A DNA stretch of 64,000 bases from Octopus vulgaris (lineage: Eukaryota). The first letter of the stretch is position 1; every line of letters begins with the position of its first letter. The stretch is from NCBI GenBank assembly GCA_951406725.2, contig OX597821.1, forward strand, positions 8,804,001-8,868,000, in the 5' to 3' direction. Positions 13,936-28,538 of this stretch are shown here, in pieces. The notes beneath the pieces are model-generated. The model was not told the origin of the DNA. It saw only the letters and a list, made by a program, of their open reading frames with translations, and did no database searches. The position numbers and the translations under genes were made by a program.

Positions 13936-14094
13936 TCCATCCATCCATCCATTTTCTCCCTTCCATCTGTCCGTCCGTCCGTCTGTCGGATACCGCTTGC
14001 CCGTCTCCATATTGACGCATTGGTGAATTCAGTTCGTACATGTCAAACTGTTGTAGACATTTGAGTAGGCGTGCAATGCTTTTGCACCACCCCT

Positions 14095-14162
14095 CGCCTA
14101 TCAGCTATCCGCTCATATCCGCTATCCACTCCTATCAGTTATCCACTCATATCAGCTATCCA
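14095..14162. repeat. Short tandem repeat of (tatcagctatccactc)-like units
   Basis: About four imperfect copies. Confidence 0.7.
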
Positions 14163-15324
14163 ATCGTGCACTCAAGGTGACATTCAAATCGCAAACTGTC
14201 ACAGATAAGCAAGATATTCCGAGGAAAAATTCTAGCTGCCTTAAGAAATCTGGCTACCCCATCCTTGTCAGTGCATAGGCAGCTAATAGTCTGAAGGTAG
14301 AAACTTAGCTTCTGTTCACGTCCAGAGCCAACAGTTTACTGCTCGTGTCACGAAAATCGATCGTGTCTCGAGACACGAGTCTTTGCAAATCAGCACTGCT
14401 ACACTTCTTCCTATTGCAGGTCGGCTCAGGGATGTGTAGCTCTCACAAACTCGTCAAAAATTAGGGTATAGTACATTTTAGAAATCCTGGCCTGTCTGAT
14501 GTCTATCACATTCACAGCTAGTGAGGTGATGTCAATCAGTTTGCGTTGCTACTTCCAGGGTAACCATAGGCCACATCCATTTTTGTAGTCTGATCGTAAA
14601 GCAAGCTGCCATGTTGGAAAGGAAGAAAGGGAGGATCACCTATCTTCGAGGTTAGAAAATAAGGTAACCTACCTCAATTCTAGTTCTGTTGGCAATCAGG
14701 TGTATCAACATCCTTTTTGTGTGTGGTTCGTTAGCGAAATTCTGAAGTAGACTGTTCAAAGCCGTGATGCTGGAATTCCTAAAGACACGTAGGGAACTTT
14801 TCTCATTCTCCAATATCTATCTATTGGCAGCTTTACAGCTTTCAGGTACCCTGAGACTCCCACTTTGCTTTGATTGAAAGTCTTCTCTCTCCCAATGTCT
14901 TCATTTGTAATGCACGAAATACATTATATTTTTTCTACTTTCAAATCCAAGTTGCAAGTACTTGAAATTTGTTGTAATTGTGGATAGGTTTGTGCATTCT
15001 AATGTTGTTCTGCTTGTTGCAGGATTTATGTTTTTGCTTGCTGGTTTTCTTGTTGTGTGATCATTAATGCTTCGTATGTTTATTTTCTATGTTGTTGTTG
15101 CTAGACTTAGCGTTGTTTGGGGATCGATGTAGAATTGAGAGCAAGGGCATAATTCCTTGTGTGTGTATGTGTGTGCGTATGTGTGTGAGTGTGTATGTGT
15201 GTATGTGCGTGTGTGCGCCTGTGTGTGCTCGCGCATGTAGAACTGAAAGAATGGGAATAAAGAGACAAAGAGGGAGCTGGATTGAGATATCCTTTTTGTT
15301 ATTGCAAACATTATCAGCCATCTT

Positions 15325-15420
15325 ATAGCAGCGAGCTAGTAGAACCGTTAGAGAATCGGAAAAGATGCATGGCTTCCGTGTTATGTCTTGAGTTCAAATT
15401 CCGCTGGGTCAACTTTATAG
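15325..15420 (+). mobile_element. SINE family B, 5' fragment
   Basis: gcagcgagctagtagaaccgttag..gagttcaaattccgc. Confidence 0.65.
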
Positions 15421-15989
15421 GTGCTGATGGTATTGTGAAAGTTGGTACAGACTTTCTTATCCTAGCATTTTATCGCCGCAGTTAATGTCGCTCCTGCATC
15501 TTTAATTGTATACTGTTCTTATTGTTGTAGCGATTGTGTCGGAGGTAAAGACTTCTTCCTATCTCCCTTTCTATTGTAGTTGTGTGTGAGGAAAGCTTTA
15601 AAACCGTCAATTCTTTCATATAGGTGTCTGCCTCCCCACCCCGTAATTAGTTGTAGTTTTGCCCAATTCGACAAAAAGGTGCTCAGGATCTTTTCCTGAT
15701 GGTTAGACTTTACAAGGTGGAGGACCACCACTGTGGTCTCAAAATGGTTTTCGCCTCGTTTTCATCACATTCAATAAAGTCTCGCTCATCTCCAACACTA
15801 TGCATGCCAATATTCGCCAGCGATCTGGTCCTGACTGGAACCGTGTTATTGTTAACTTTATCGTCTCTCTTTCCAAATAAGTCAGTAAAATAGATCGTAC
15901 TAGTACTTAATTTTATCGACTCCGAAAGGATGACAGGCAAAATCGACCTCAGCGGAATTTGAACTCAGAACGTAGCGACGAGTGAAATA

Positions 15990-17257
15990 CGAGGGGCGTT
16001 CAATAAGTAATGCCCCTGACCCACTTCCCATAGTAGTAGAGCAACGAAACTTGGCACAGTTATTAGTCCTTTTCTACATAGGAACCACCCAGAGTTACGC
16101 ATTTCTCCCATCGTTTGATGCAGCTCTGAAGACCGTTTTGTAGAAGACCACTGCTTGGTCCTCCAACCACGACGTGACTTCAGAAATCAAGGCTGCATCA
16201 TCTGGGAAACGCTTTCCTTTCAAAAACAACTTCATGGCTGGGAAGAGGTGAAAATCAGAGGGTGCAAGGTTAGGAGAGTAGGGGGATGGGGGATGAGTTC
16301 ATAGCCGCACGCCTGTGCTTCTGCTCTGGCGACACGCGAGTTGTGGATCGGAGCGTTGTCCTGCAGGAGGAGGATGCCTTTACTGATCTTGCCCCGCCTC
16401 TTGATTTTGATAGCTTCTCTTAATTTCCTCAAAAGTGAAGCATAATAGACTCCTGTAATTGTGGCACCCTTTGCCAGGAAATCTGTCTTCACTACTCCGT
16501 CCTGGTCCTAGAAGACTGTAAGCATGACCTTGCCAGCGGAGGGCTGCACCCTTGCCTTCTTTGGAGGAGGTGAGTCACGGTGCTTCCACTGCATTGACTG
16601 GGCTTTGGTCTCTGGATCATAGTGATGGACCCAGGTTTTATCCTGTGTGATCAGTCTTTTGAAAAATTTTGACTCATCTTCTTGGCACATCTCCAAATTC
16701 ATCCTCGAGCAATCGACACGTTCTTGCTTCTGGAAAGGTGTGAGCAACCTGGGAATCCATCTGGCAGACACCTTTTGCATATGCAAATGGTCATGAATGA
16801 TAGTTTCCACAGACCCGGTACTAATCTTGACCTAATGGGCTATTTGGCGAATAGTTATGCGTCGATCTTCCAAAATGGCAGCCTCAAGTTGACAGACAGA
16901 TGTCTCATCAATGGCAGAAGGGGGCGACCAGATCTGGGAGCTGTTTCCACAGAGTTCCGACCATATTTGAATTCACGATGCCAACGTTTTACAAGGTCAT
17001 ATGATGGGGCATCATCACCATAAGTTACTTTCATTTCATCAAAGGTCTCCCGTGGTGTGCGTCCTTTCAAATACAAAAACCGGATCACTGCTCGACACTC
17101 AACATGCTCCATTTCACACTTGACTCAGTTCAAACACAGCTCAGAGCTGTAATTTGCCACTTAATCTATAGAGATATAAATAATTGCACATGCAACATTT
17201 CAGCTAGATCAAACAACTGCAAGTGGGTCAGGGGCATTACTTATTGAACGCCCCTCG
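15990..17257 (-). mobile_element. Full-length mariner (DD34D, irritans/Himar-like) with frameshifted transposase
   Basis: Perfect 37-bp TIRs CGAGGGGCGTTCAATAAGTAATGCCCCTGACCCACTT, TA target duplication. Confidence 0.95.
16063..17112 (-). pseudogene. mariner transposase pseudogene
   Basis: MEHVECRAVIRFL..PRSGRP; WIPRLL; ITQDKTWVHHYDPE; KVMLTVF; LLQDNAP; HPPYSPNLAPSDF (frameshifted); ends WEKCVTLGGSYVEKD*. Confidence 0.9.
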
Positions 17258-17304
17258 TAGGGCTAAGCATTTCACGCGGCACGCTAACGATCGATAATGA
17301 TAAC

Positions 17305-17373
<69 letters not shown>

Positions 17374-17374
<1 letters not shown>

Positions 17375-17577
17375 TTCCTTTCTACTACAGACACAAAGGT
17401 TTTAAATTTTTGGGGTGGAGACTAGTCGATTATATCGTTCTCAGTGATTTGCTGGTACTTATTTAATCGACCCAGAAAAGATAAAAGGACCGATTAGTAT
17501 ATTCAGAATGCAAAGTTGGACGAAATCCTGCTGTTTTGTCTGACGTGCTGTTAACTATTCTATGAGATCGCCGCCTT
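17374..17577 (-). mobile_element. SINE family B, tail type 1, next to (TAA)n
   Basis: ggtacttatttaatcgaccc..aaagg core; cctttctact tail. Confidence 0.75.
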
Positions 17578-17627
17578 AATAATAATAATTGAAATTAAAA
17601 AATATAATAATAATAATAATGACGATA

Positions 17628-17680
<53 letters not shown>

Positions 17681-18480
17681 AATGATAATGATGAGGAGGA
17701 GAAAGAGGAGTAGGAATATAATTATTATACGAACGTCCTTCATAGTTTTTTCTTTATTTGTCGCGAATTTTCAATGGAGACCAGTGAAATATTTAAATAA
17801 AAGAATTGTAAAATAATAATTTCTGAAAGAACATTTATTCTAATACGCAAATGAATTCAGTCATAAATTTCGTTAGTGTTATCAGTGTTATAGAATTTTC
17901 ATAGAATTGTAGCTGTTTATACTTTTCTGTCAAAATTTTCCACTCTTTAACTCTTCAACTTGGAAGAATTCTAACCTAAAAGAAACAAAAAGACACAATC
18001 TGATAGATATATGTATAAGCGTACGTCTGTGCGTCTGTGTAGGTATATTTCAACGTCTGTAAATATTTGTGTGAATATATATGTATACATATATACATAC
18101 ATATATATGTGTATATATATATATATATGTGTGTGTACATATATACACACACACACATATATATGTATACACATACATACACATAAACACACACACACAT
18201 ATATATGTGCATGTATATAGTTATACATGTATATGAATATTTATAAATGAATAAATAGATGTGAGTATGTGGTGTTGGGAGTGTGTACTTAATTCTGTAA
18301 ACACGTACTCACGTACACACACGCACACACGCGCGCGAACATATACATGGGCACACACGCACACACGCATGCACACACAATCATAGCTGCATTGAAAAAT
18401 TTAAATCAATTCATATTGTAATTTTGTCTAAAACGAATTTATATTTTGAAATGTTTTATGCACACTCACACGTACATACA

Positions 18481-18549
<69 letters not shown>

Positions 18550-18597
18550 CATATATATATATATAAACATATACATATAACTATATATATATATCAA

Positions 18598-18667
<70 letters not shown>

Positions 18668-19191
18668 ACTATCTGCATATAATACAAACACACATACAGA
18701 CATCTGCATTAATATACGTACACATACACTAAAACACAAAATTTGTGTGTCTGTCTATGTCTCCGTGCATTGTTGTGTGAATGTATACATAGCTATCTGT
18801 GTATGTGTGTGTGTGTGTCTGTATGTGTGTGTTTTTGTGCGTGTGTGTGTGTGTGTTTGTGTGTGTGCATGTGCGTGCAGGGGTGTGTGAGTGCGTGCTA
18901 TTTTTCTATTTTCAAGAAGAATGATAGCGTCATATTTTCTGAAATTACCAAATCGAAAAAAATATCGACTGTTCCCACCTAATTATTTTTCTTGCATACC
19001 TTTTCATTGCTGTTATACAGCTTTCTTTTACTCAACTTTATTATTCCTCTCACTGTCCCCCATCTTAAATGACAAGCTGCATCCCCTTACGCTGCATTCC
19101 GTTTCTATAGTAACACTTTGCAACAAGAGTTACAATAGTATTAATAACAATAATAGTTATACAAGTAAAAATAAATGATACAATAATGGAT

Positions 19192-19389
19192 TCAAATTTT
19201 GGCACAAGGCCAGTAATTTCGATGGAAGCATAATTCGATTAAATCAACCCAAGTACTTAACTGGTAATTATTTTATCGACCCCCGAAAGGATAAAAGCTT
19301 AAATCAACTTATGCGGAATTTGAGCTCAGAATGCAGAGACCGCAAAACACGTTGCCCGGCCTGGTAACGATTCTGCCAGCTCACCGCCT
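19192..19389 (-). mobile_element. SINE family B
   Basis: atcgaccccgaaagg core; ctgccagctcaccgcc head. Confidence 0.8.
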
Positions 19390-20478
<1,089 letters not shown>

Positions 20479-20505
20479 AATAATAATAATAATAATAATA
20501 ATAAT

Positions 20506-21001
20506 TTGTCAGAGACCATGAAGAAAAAAAAATGCTTTCTAATTGATGTATCAATACCGGCTAATGACAACGTGTCTCTAAAAGAAATGGAGAAACTCTC
20601 AAAATACAAAGACCTGGAAATAGAGGTAACTAGAATGTGGAATCTGAAAACAGAAACAATTCCTATCATAGTAGGTGCATTAGGCATCATAAAAAAATAT
20701 TCAGACAAATACATAACAAAAACACCAGGACTTACAAACACATATAACATACAGAAAATTGCACTACTAGGCACTGCACACATCCTACGCAGAACACTTT
20801 CCATACAATAACCATCAGAGCATCACAACAAATCACAGCACATACCCAAGGCACACAGAGCTGCGCTCGGTAGTGAAGTGAAAGCACGCTATAAAAATAA
20901 AACTACTGAATAATAATAATAATAATAATAATAATTTGTCAGAGACCATGAAGAAAAAAAATGCTTTCTAATTGATGTATCAATACCGGCTGATGACAAC
21001 G
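20506..21001 (+). mobile_element. Tandem 430-bp copies of the Dong 3' end (second copy runs into the gap)
   Basis: 20506-20908 and 20936-21001 start at the same point (ttgtcagagaccatgaag) and are near-identical to 20077-20478. Confidence 0.9.
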
Positions 21002-21101
21002 NNNNNNNNNNNNNNNNNNNNNNNNNNNNNNNNNNNNNNNNNNNNNNNNNNNNNNNNNNNNNNNNNNNNNNNNNNNNNNNNNNNNNNNNNNNNNNNNNNN
21101 N
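21002..21101. other. Assembly gap (100 N)
   Basis: Run of N. Confidence 1.
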
Positions 21102-21631
21102 TAATATAATGACCATCCCGCAGTACAACAATACAGATTACATATTACTTCACTATTTTATATTTAAATCAGTCTGTAAAGTGTCGTCGTACACCAAGTT
21201 GAAGAAAAGTTAACGATATTCATTGTCAGTTTTAATATACATTGATTACTTGTAGTGATGCAAAGAGGAAAGCTAACAATTAGCTCGTCCATCTGTGGTA
21301 TGTTTTAATTGTTAATACAGTTAGGAATTTCTCATATGGTTAATATTCACCCGAGTCATAATGGGTTCAATAATGATTAACAATATGATTAATATTAGTT
21401 AATCCATACAAAATTCGTAAATGTTCATATGTAATTAAGTTTGCATTCGATTTGGAATTATAGAATTATTTATAATTTATTTGCAATATATTTCACTTTT
21501 TAAATAATGTTTTAGAATACTATTGGTATTAGAGTTTTTGCATTGATAATCATTTTAACTTGATTTGTTGATGGTGAATTATAGAAATATTAAAATATAT
21601 ATATATGTACATATATATATATATGTATATA

Positions 21632-22133
<502 letters not shown>

Positions 22134-22346
22134 TCGCAAGAAATTTGAAGAAATTTCTTCTAAATTATGTCATTGTAAGGAAAAATTTTTTTTTTATATT
22201 CTTCAGACATATTGACGCAAATATATATATTTTTTAACCTTTAAGCCTTCTGTAGTTTTTTCACTTTTTACTATTTTCTATATATTCAACCACGTGCTTT
22301 CACAAACCAACTTTCTTATCTATATATTAAACACGTGAGACCGAAA

Positions 22347-25300
22347 ATGCCACAGAACACCAACACCTCGGATAAAACTACAAATGAGGACATACTCAAA
22401 GAACTGAAAAGTATCAATACACAGCTCATTACCCTGAACAACAAAATCGAGGAATCAAACCTACTCGCCCGGGAAAGTAAAAGCAATGATGATACAACTC
22501 GCTACACTGACCAGGTTAGTAAGGATCTGCAACTGTTATACACAACACTAAATTCAATTTTCATCAACAAATCCGAAAATAAAAAACACACACCAAATGA
22601 AACACAGCAGGACATCATACGCACCCAAATTAACCCAGCAAAAAGAAAAATAGGAAACATTTGGAATACAAACCTGCACAATAGAAAACTCGCCTTCTGG
22701 AACATGATAAAAAATTCCAACAAAGCAGATATATACGAGGGATGGATGAACTCAACACCAATTATCCTCCCACGCAAATTCCAGATAAAATTAATTCCTA
22801 ACGAGCCTGACGGACAGAGAACTATTAGGGAAAAGTCAGCTCTGTTCAATTTAAGATCAGAAATAGAGCTTTTAAGACTAAGGGTCTCCACAAATGAGGA
22901 AAAATTTAAAAGCATCGACGAGGAGATGCACAATATAATACAAAAACATACCGAGGGACAACCCCTCGAAAATACATTAGATCATTGGAAGGATACCTGT
23001 GAAAAAGAAGAGAGAAATTCTCTCCAGCGCTGGGAGAAAAACATCGATTTCTTCCAAAAATATAGTTCAACTTTCAAAAATGAATTGGGTACAAATAATC
23101 CCTTCCTTAAGAAAATTACAAAAAATAAAAAAGAAAAACCAAACAACCCACGAACAACCCCCAACTATCCTCCATACACTAAAAACAGAAATCACCCACA
23201 ACCAACCTTTGCAAACCACGCAAGACCTAACAGGGAACTAGCTGACAGACGACGCGTCTATGAAATAAATTACACCAAAAACAGAACACACCAACAACAT
23301 CCTAATACCAGACCCAACCACCATACAGCACAAAACGACACTAGAATAAGAAATACACCACACACAAGTCGCTACTACCCCATGAACCAAAATTACTGGT
23401 CCCCACTGAACACAAGACAAACGCAAAAAAACACTATGTCAAGCAACATCCCACATACAAGCAGTTCGAAACAAAAATATTTCACATACAGAAACTTTAC
23501 ACACACCACAAACAAAAACAACCATAGATTCCCACACACACAACGATCGGGGGCAACAATACCACCATTCCCCCGACCCAATATCACACAACCTCACAGA
23601 CAACTCATACAAACAAAATTACACCCAACATTTTTTAGCCAGGGACCAGAGACACCAGGACACAGGCTGGAACCTAGTAATAAGGAAAAACCGAAGATAA
23701 TCAATCTTTCAACCAAACCTCTTTTTAACATAAAAATTGACATCCTCTCAAAAGAGCTCAAATTTACACCAACTCCACGCAGAGCCAACCTAAATGAAAT
23801 CAAGGATAATATAACAGAATTTTGCAGAAAATTAAGACTAGCAGAAGCATCAACCAGTTTCAATACTGAAGATGAATCACTAGTCAAGAACAAAAGTGAA
23901 CACATTCCACACAGAGGAAGAAATATAGATCTTGATGAATTCTGTAACCACATTGAGAACTTTCCCTACCATACTATACATAAACAGAAAGTTAACTCAA
24001 ATTCTAACCCTACACAATGGAAGCAACTGATAGAACTTCAAAATGATGAGGATATAACCATTAAGGAAGCAGACAAGGGAAGTGCAGTTGTAATAATGGA
24101 TACATCATACTATAGAAATCTTGTAATTTCCTTGCTTGATGACGACCTACATTATGAAAAAATTACCAACTACACCCCACAAAAAATAATGAAAACTCTA
24201 TCTTCACTAATTAAAACCCATGAAAAGGAACTAACAACCAAAGAGATTGACTTTCTAACAAACTTTAAATGCAAACCTAGCCTTTTCTATGGTCTGCCAA
24301 AATTCATAAAAGCCAAATTATAAATGAAACCATTAAAAAATCACCAAAGACATACATACACACACCTAACCCGGGGGACCTAAAACTACGACCCATTGTA
24401 GCTGGCCCAACCTGTGAAACACACAGACTAAGTCTATTTATGGACATCCTCCTGAAACCCTTCCTTAAACATATCGATAGCCATATCAGAGATGACTTAG
24501 ATATGTTAAACCACCTTCCAAAAAAAGCCAAGAGAGACAATCCTGGTTTCATTTGATGTAGTTAACTTATATACCAGTATACCTAATTAATTATGGACTA
24601 GAGGCAATACAGTTCTGGCTGGACCAATTTCCGGAAGAAATACCAAAAAGATCAGTAAAGAATTCATTACTAAATCAATTGAATTCATCCTACATAATAA
24701 CCACTTCATGTTTGACAATACATTTTACCGTAAAAAATCCGGAATTGCTATGGGTACAAGGGCAGCACCAGTCATTGCGAACCTAACAATGGGCTACATG
24801 GAAATAATCATTTACCAGGAATCTTTATCAATCTTTGGAAACCCCCTTTCTCAATACATAAAAGAGAATTGGAAACGATTCTTAGACGATTGTTTTATAC
24901 TCTGGAATGAAAACACAGATAAACTCCTAAAATTTAAAAACCTATTGAACAGCATAAACCCAAATATACAGTTCACAATGGAATACAACCAAAAGGCGCT
25001 CCCGTTCTTGGATATACTAATTAAAAAAATTAACCTTAAATTAGAAACAGACATTTTTTACAAAGCCACAGACACCAAACAATACCTTCTTTTTAATTCA
25101 TGCCACCCAAGACACACTAAAACAAACATCCCCTTCAACCTTGCAAGAAGGATATGCACAATAGTGTCAGAACAAAATACCAGGAACATTAGACTGCAAG
25201 AACTCAAAAACACCCTAATTGACAGACATTACCCAACTCAACTCATAGAGGATGGGATCAGACGTGCAACAGAAATCAACATAGAAACTTTAAGAAAAGT

Positions 25301-25985
25301 TCAACACAACAACACACCTTCCCCGAAAATACTACCTTACATATCTACATACAACCCCAGAAACAAAGAAGCCTTCACCATCATCACCCAGAATTTACCA
25401 ATACTTCATAAGGACCCCAAATTAAAGGAAATTCTAAACATACACCAAATCATTAAAAGCTACAAACAACCTAAATCACTTAAAAAGATTCTCACAAAGG
25501 CAAAATTGTTTTCTGAAATTACGGATGCAAAAGTAAAAAAATGTGGTAGATCGAACTGTGCAACATGTCCAAACCTGCTAGAAGGATCAGAATTCCTCTT
25601 TAAAGAAGGACAGAAATTCAAGATCAAATCTAACTTTACTTGTGCCTCTGAAAACATAATTCATGTCATAAAATGCTCGGGCTGCCACCAAGACTACGTG
25701 GGATCCACGGGACTATCACTCAGACGTAGATGCACACTGCATCGACAACAGATTGCATTCCCAGAATACAGAATGATACCTTTTAGTGAGCACATTGAGA
25801 AATGCGGAAAGCAACTACTACCACAATTTTTAATCTTTCCATTTTACCAATGTGCAATCGGATCATCAACACAAATTAGACTAAACAAGGAAACATTCTT
25901 CATTGAAAAGTACAAGCCCAGACTTAACCATGCCAACATACTGATACAGAGAAATTCACACCAAGGGAAAAGAAAAAACTTTTAA
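22347..25985 (+). pseudogene. PLE polyprotein: coiled-coil/low-complexity N-terminus, RT, GIY-YIG endonuclease; frameshifts around 24300-24660
   Basis: KEADKGSAVVIMD, FYGLPK(I)HK, LRPIVAG, SFDVVNLYT, GIAMGTRAAP, WKRFLDDCF, LPFLDI, SCHP, CGRSNCATC, IHVIKC..YVGST..RR..H. Confidence 0.92.
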
Positions 25986-26094
25986 GCGATTATCTCCCTT
26001 ACACCGGAAGAAATCACTCATTACCTCCCCTTATTTAGAACTCTTTTGAACATGAACATAACGATCACTCTATTCAACATAAACATAACGTCGC

Positions 26095-26133
26095 AAGAAA
26101 TTTGAAAAGCTAAACGCGAAACCGGTCTTTCTT
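26095..26133 (+). ncRNA. Minimal type I hammerhead ribozyme in 3' pLTR (U3-A8 core variant)
   Basis: aagaaa(t)-TTGAAAA-gc taaac gc-GAAAC-cg-GTC-tttctt. Confidence 0.7.
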
Positions 26134-26267
26134 CTAAATTATGTCACTGTAAGGAAAAATTTTTTTTAATATTCTTCAGACATATTGACGCAAATATATA
26201 TATTTTTTAACCTATACATATATATATTTATATATATATGTATATATATACATATATATGTATATGT

Positions 26268-26420
26268 ATATATATTTCACGTTTAAAAGTCTTTTAGAAT
26301 TGTGTTGTTATTTGATAAATATTTCAATTAAATACTAACCTATCAATGTAAAATAATTATGGTCTAATAATTTCTAATAACAACACAATTCTAAAAAACT
26401 TTTAAACGTGAAATATATAT
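26268..26420. repeat. Fold-back, ~45-bp arms, within (TA)n
   Basis: atatttcacgtttaaaag..ttagaattgtgttgttatt / aataacaacacaattctaa..ctttttaaacgtgaaatat. Confidence 0.85.
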
Positions 26421-26431
26421 ACATATACATA

Positions 26432-26549
<118 letters not shown>

Positions 26550-27585
26550 ATATATGCATACAAATGTATACATACATATATATATATATGTACATATATA
26601 TAATTTTAATATTTCTATAATTCACCATCAACAAATCAAGTTAAAATGATTATCAATGCAAAAACTCTAATACCAATAGTATTCTAAAACATTATTTAAA
26701 AAGTGAAATATATTGCAAATAAATTATAAATAATTCTATTCATAGGATTATTTATAATCATTAGTCCGAGATTCTGTGAGAGTAAAATACGTCAATACTG
26801 AACTGGATACGTACTATGAACATCAAGAGCGTGTAATATTTCATGTCCAATTAATGTTCCTAATCCACCAAGTTTAATAGGCCTGTAGACATAATATACC
26901 ATACATATATATACATGTTTATATATATATAAGTTCAGCAAAATTTAGATTCAAATGAATATGGTACTTAAGTTAGATGCACCAGAATTTTGTATGGTAT
27001 TATCCATATAAATTCATGGTGTGATTATAATCAAAATAAGCAAGAATATTTTCGGTAATTTGGTACGATAGCTACAAGCTACATCATTTTATTAAACATT
27101 GTAAGTATTACAACAGTTTTAAAATGTTGAGCAATCATCAGCCATTTATAGAGGTTATGTATGTATATATCTGTATATATATGTTTAAATAAATATAGGG
27201 ATGGTATTATTTAAATACCATCACAAGCGATAATATCGATAAGTGATAAGCCGTACAGGCAAATTAATAAAATATATACATACAATATTAGATATGTACA
27301 TATATACAGAAGGGTACTACGTGAGTACCTATATCGCTAATTATAGAAGTTAAAAAATACTTCTGTACCACCGAAAAGTCACAAATCTATTACAGACAAG
27401 ATAGGAAAAAATATCAGTGAACAATAATAATGTCTTACCTCAAATGAGTCAGAACAAGTAAATGCTAGTCAACTCGGTACCGGTTTCGAAATTTAGCGCC
27501 TCCTAGACGTTTGATATATATATATATATATTTATATATATGTATATAGATATATATCTTTTTTTCTTTTTCTTTTTCTTTTTCC

Positions 27586-27981
27586 TTGTTTCAGTCATTT
27601 TGACTGCGGCCATGCTGGAGCACCGCCTTTAATCGAGCAACAGGACCCCGGGACTTATTCTTTTGTAAGCCCAGTACTTATTCTATCGGTTTATGTTGCC
27701 GAACCGCTAAGTAACGGGGAAGTAAACACACCAGCATCGGTTGTCAAACAATGCTAGGGGGACAAACACAGACACACAAACATACACACACACACATATA
27801 TATATATACATATATATACGACGGGTTCTTTCAGTTTCCGTCTACCAAATCCACTCACAAGGCTTTGGTCGGCCCGAGGCTATAGTAGAAGACACTTGCC
27901 CAAGGTGCCACGCAGTGGAATTGAACCCGGAACCATGTGGTTGGTAAGCAAGCTACTTACTACACAGCCACTCCTGCGCCT
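27586..27981 (-). mobile_element. SINE family A, full length
   Basis: Head (rc) ggcgcaggagtggctgtgtagtaag..gggttcaattcc; tail (rc) ggcggtgctccagcatggccgcagtcaaaatgactgaaac. Confidence 0.9.
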
Positions 27982-27984
27982 ATA

Positions 27985-28538
27985 TATATAAAGTCAAATA
28001 AAGGTGAAAAAATTGGATATTAATTTAATAACACCAATCTAAACACCAAGTGGTCTAGCGTATAAAAAACTGGGATTCAGTAAATATTATTAATACAAAA
28101 CTATGAGAGAGAATCCACTATGTGGACGCTCTAACGCTAGGTATAGATCCGCAAAGGGAATCCACCACCAAAAAATTGTTCTCAAGGAATAATTTAACAC
28201 ACCAAGAACGTAAGCGAGCAGGACAAATGAAAAATAACAAAAATATAGATTAACTCTATACAATTGTTTCTTCGTTAATAAATTATGTAATTTTACTTAC
28301 ATAAATATCTTCGATTCATCAGTAGAGTACGTCAAAAATATAAGTATCAACACGAGGTTGGAGAGAGGGTAACAGTTCGGCCGATTATATTCACAGTTAT
28401 ATTCAAATGCCCTCGTTCTGGCGCGCTAAATTTCCGAATATAAATACTGCACAAATAATTTACTACCGGTTTGAGAACATAATTTATAATTAAAGTCAAT
28501 AAAAGAGCGTCCACATAGTGGATTCTCTCTCATAGTTT

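Larger units (their letters stand above)
15895..17292 (-). mobile_element. SINE family B copy split by a mariner insertion
   Basis: 15895-15989 and 17258-17292 rejoin as ..gaaata|ggctaagcatttc, as in 39720-39760. Confidence 0.85.
22132..26213 (+). mobile_element. Penelope-like retroelement (Neptune-type), near full length, in (TA)n
   Basis: Direct pseudo-LTRs 22132-22240 and 26089-26213; RT plus C-terminal GIY-YIG. Confidence 0.93.

Noticed and set aside
14170-15060. Possible LINE endonuclease remnant on the minus strand
   Set aside because: Too degenerate to read convincing motifs
27070-27510. Hammerhead pieces on the minus strand (CTGATGA near 27140, GAAACCGGTA near 27485)
   Set aside because: They are in the wrong order to form one motif, and neither has its partner half or a stem I
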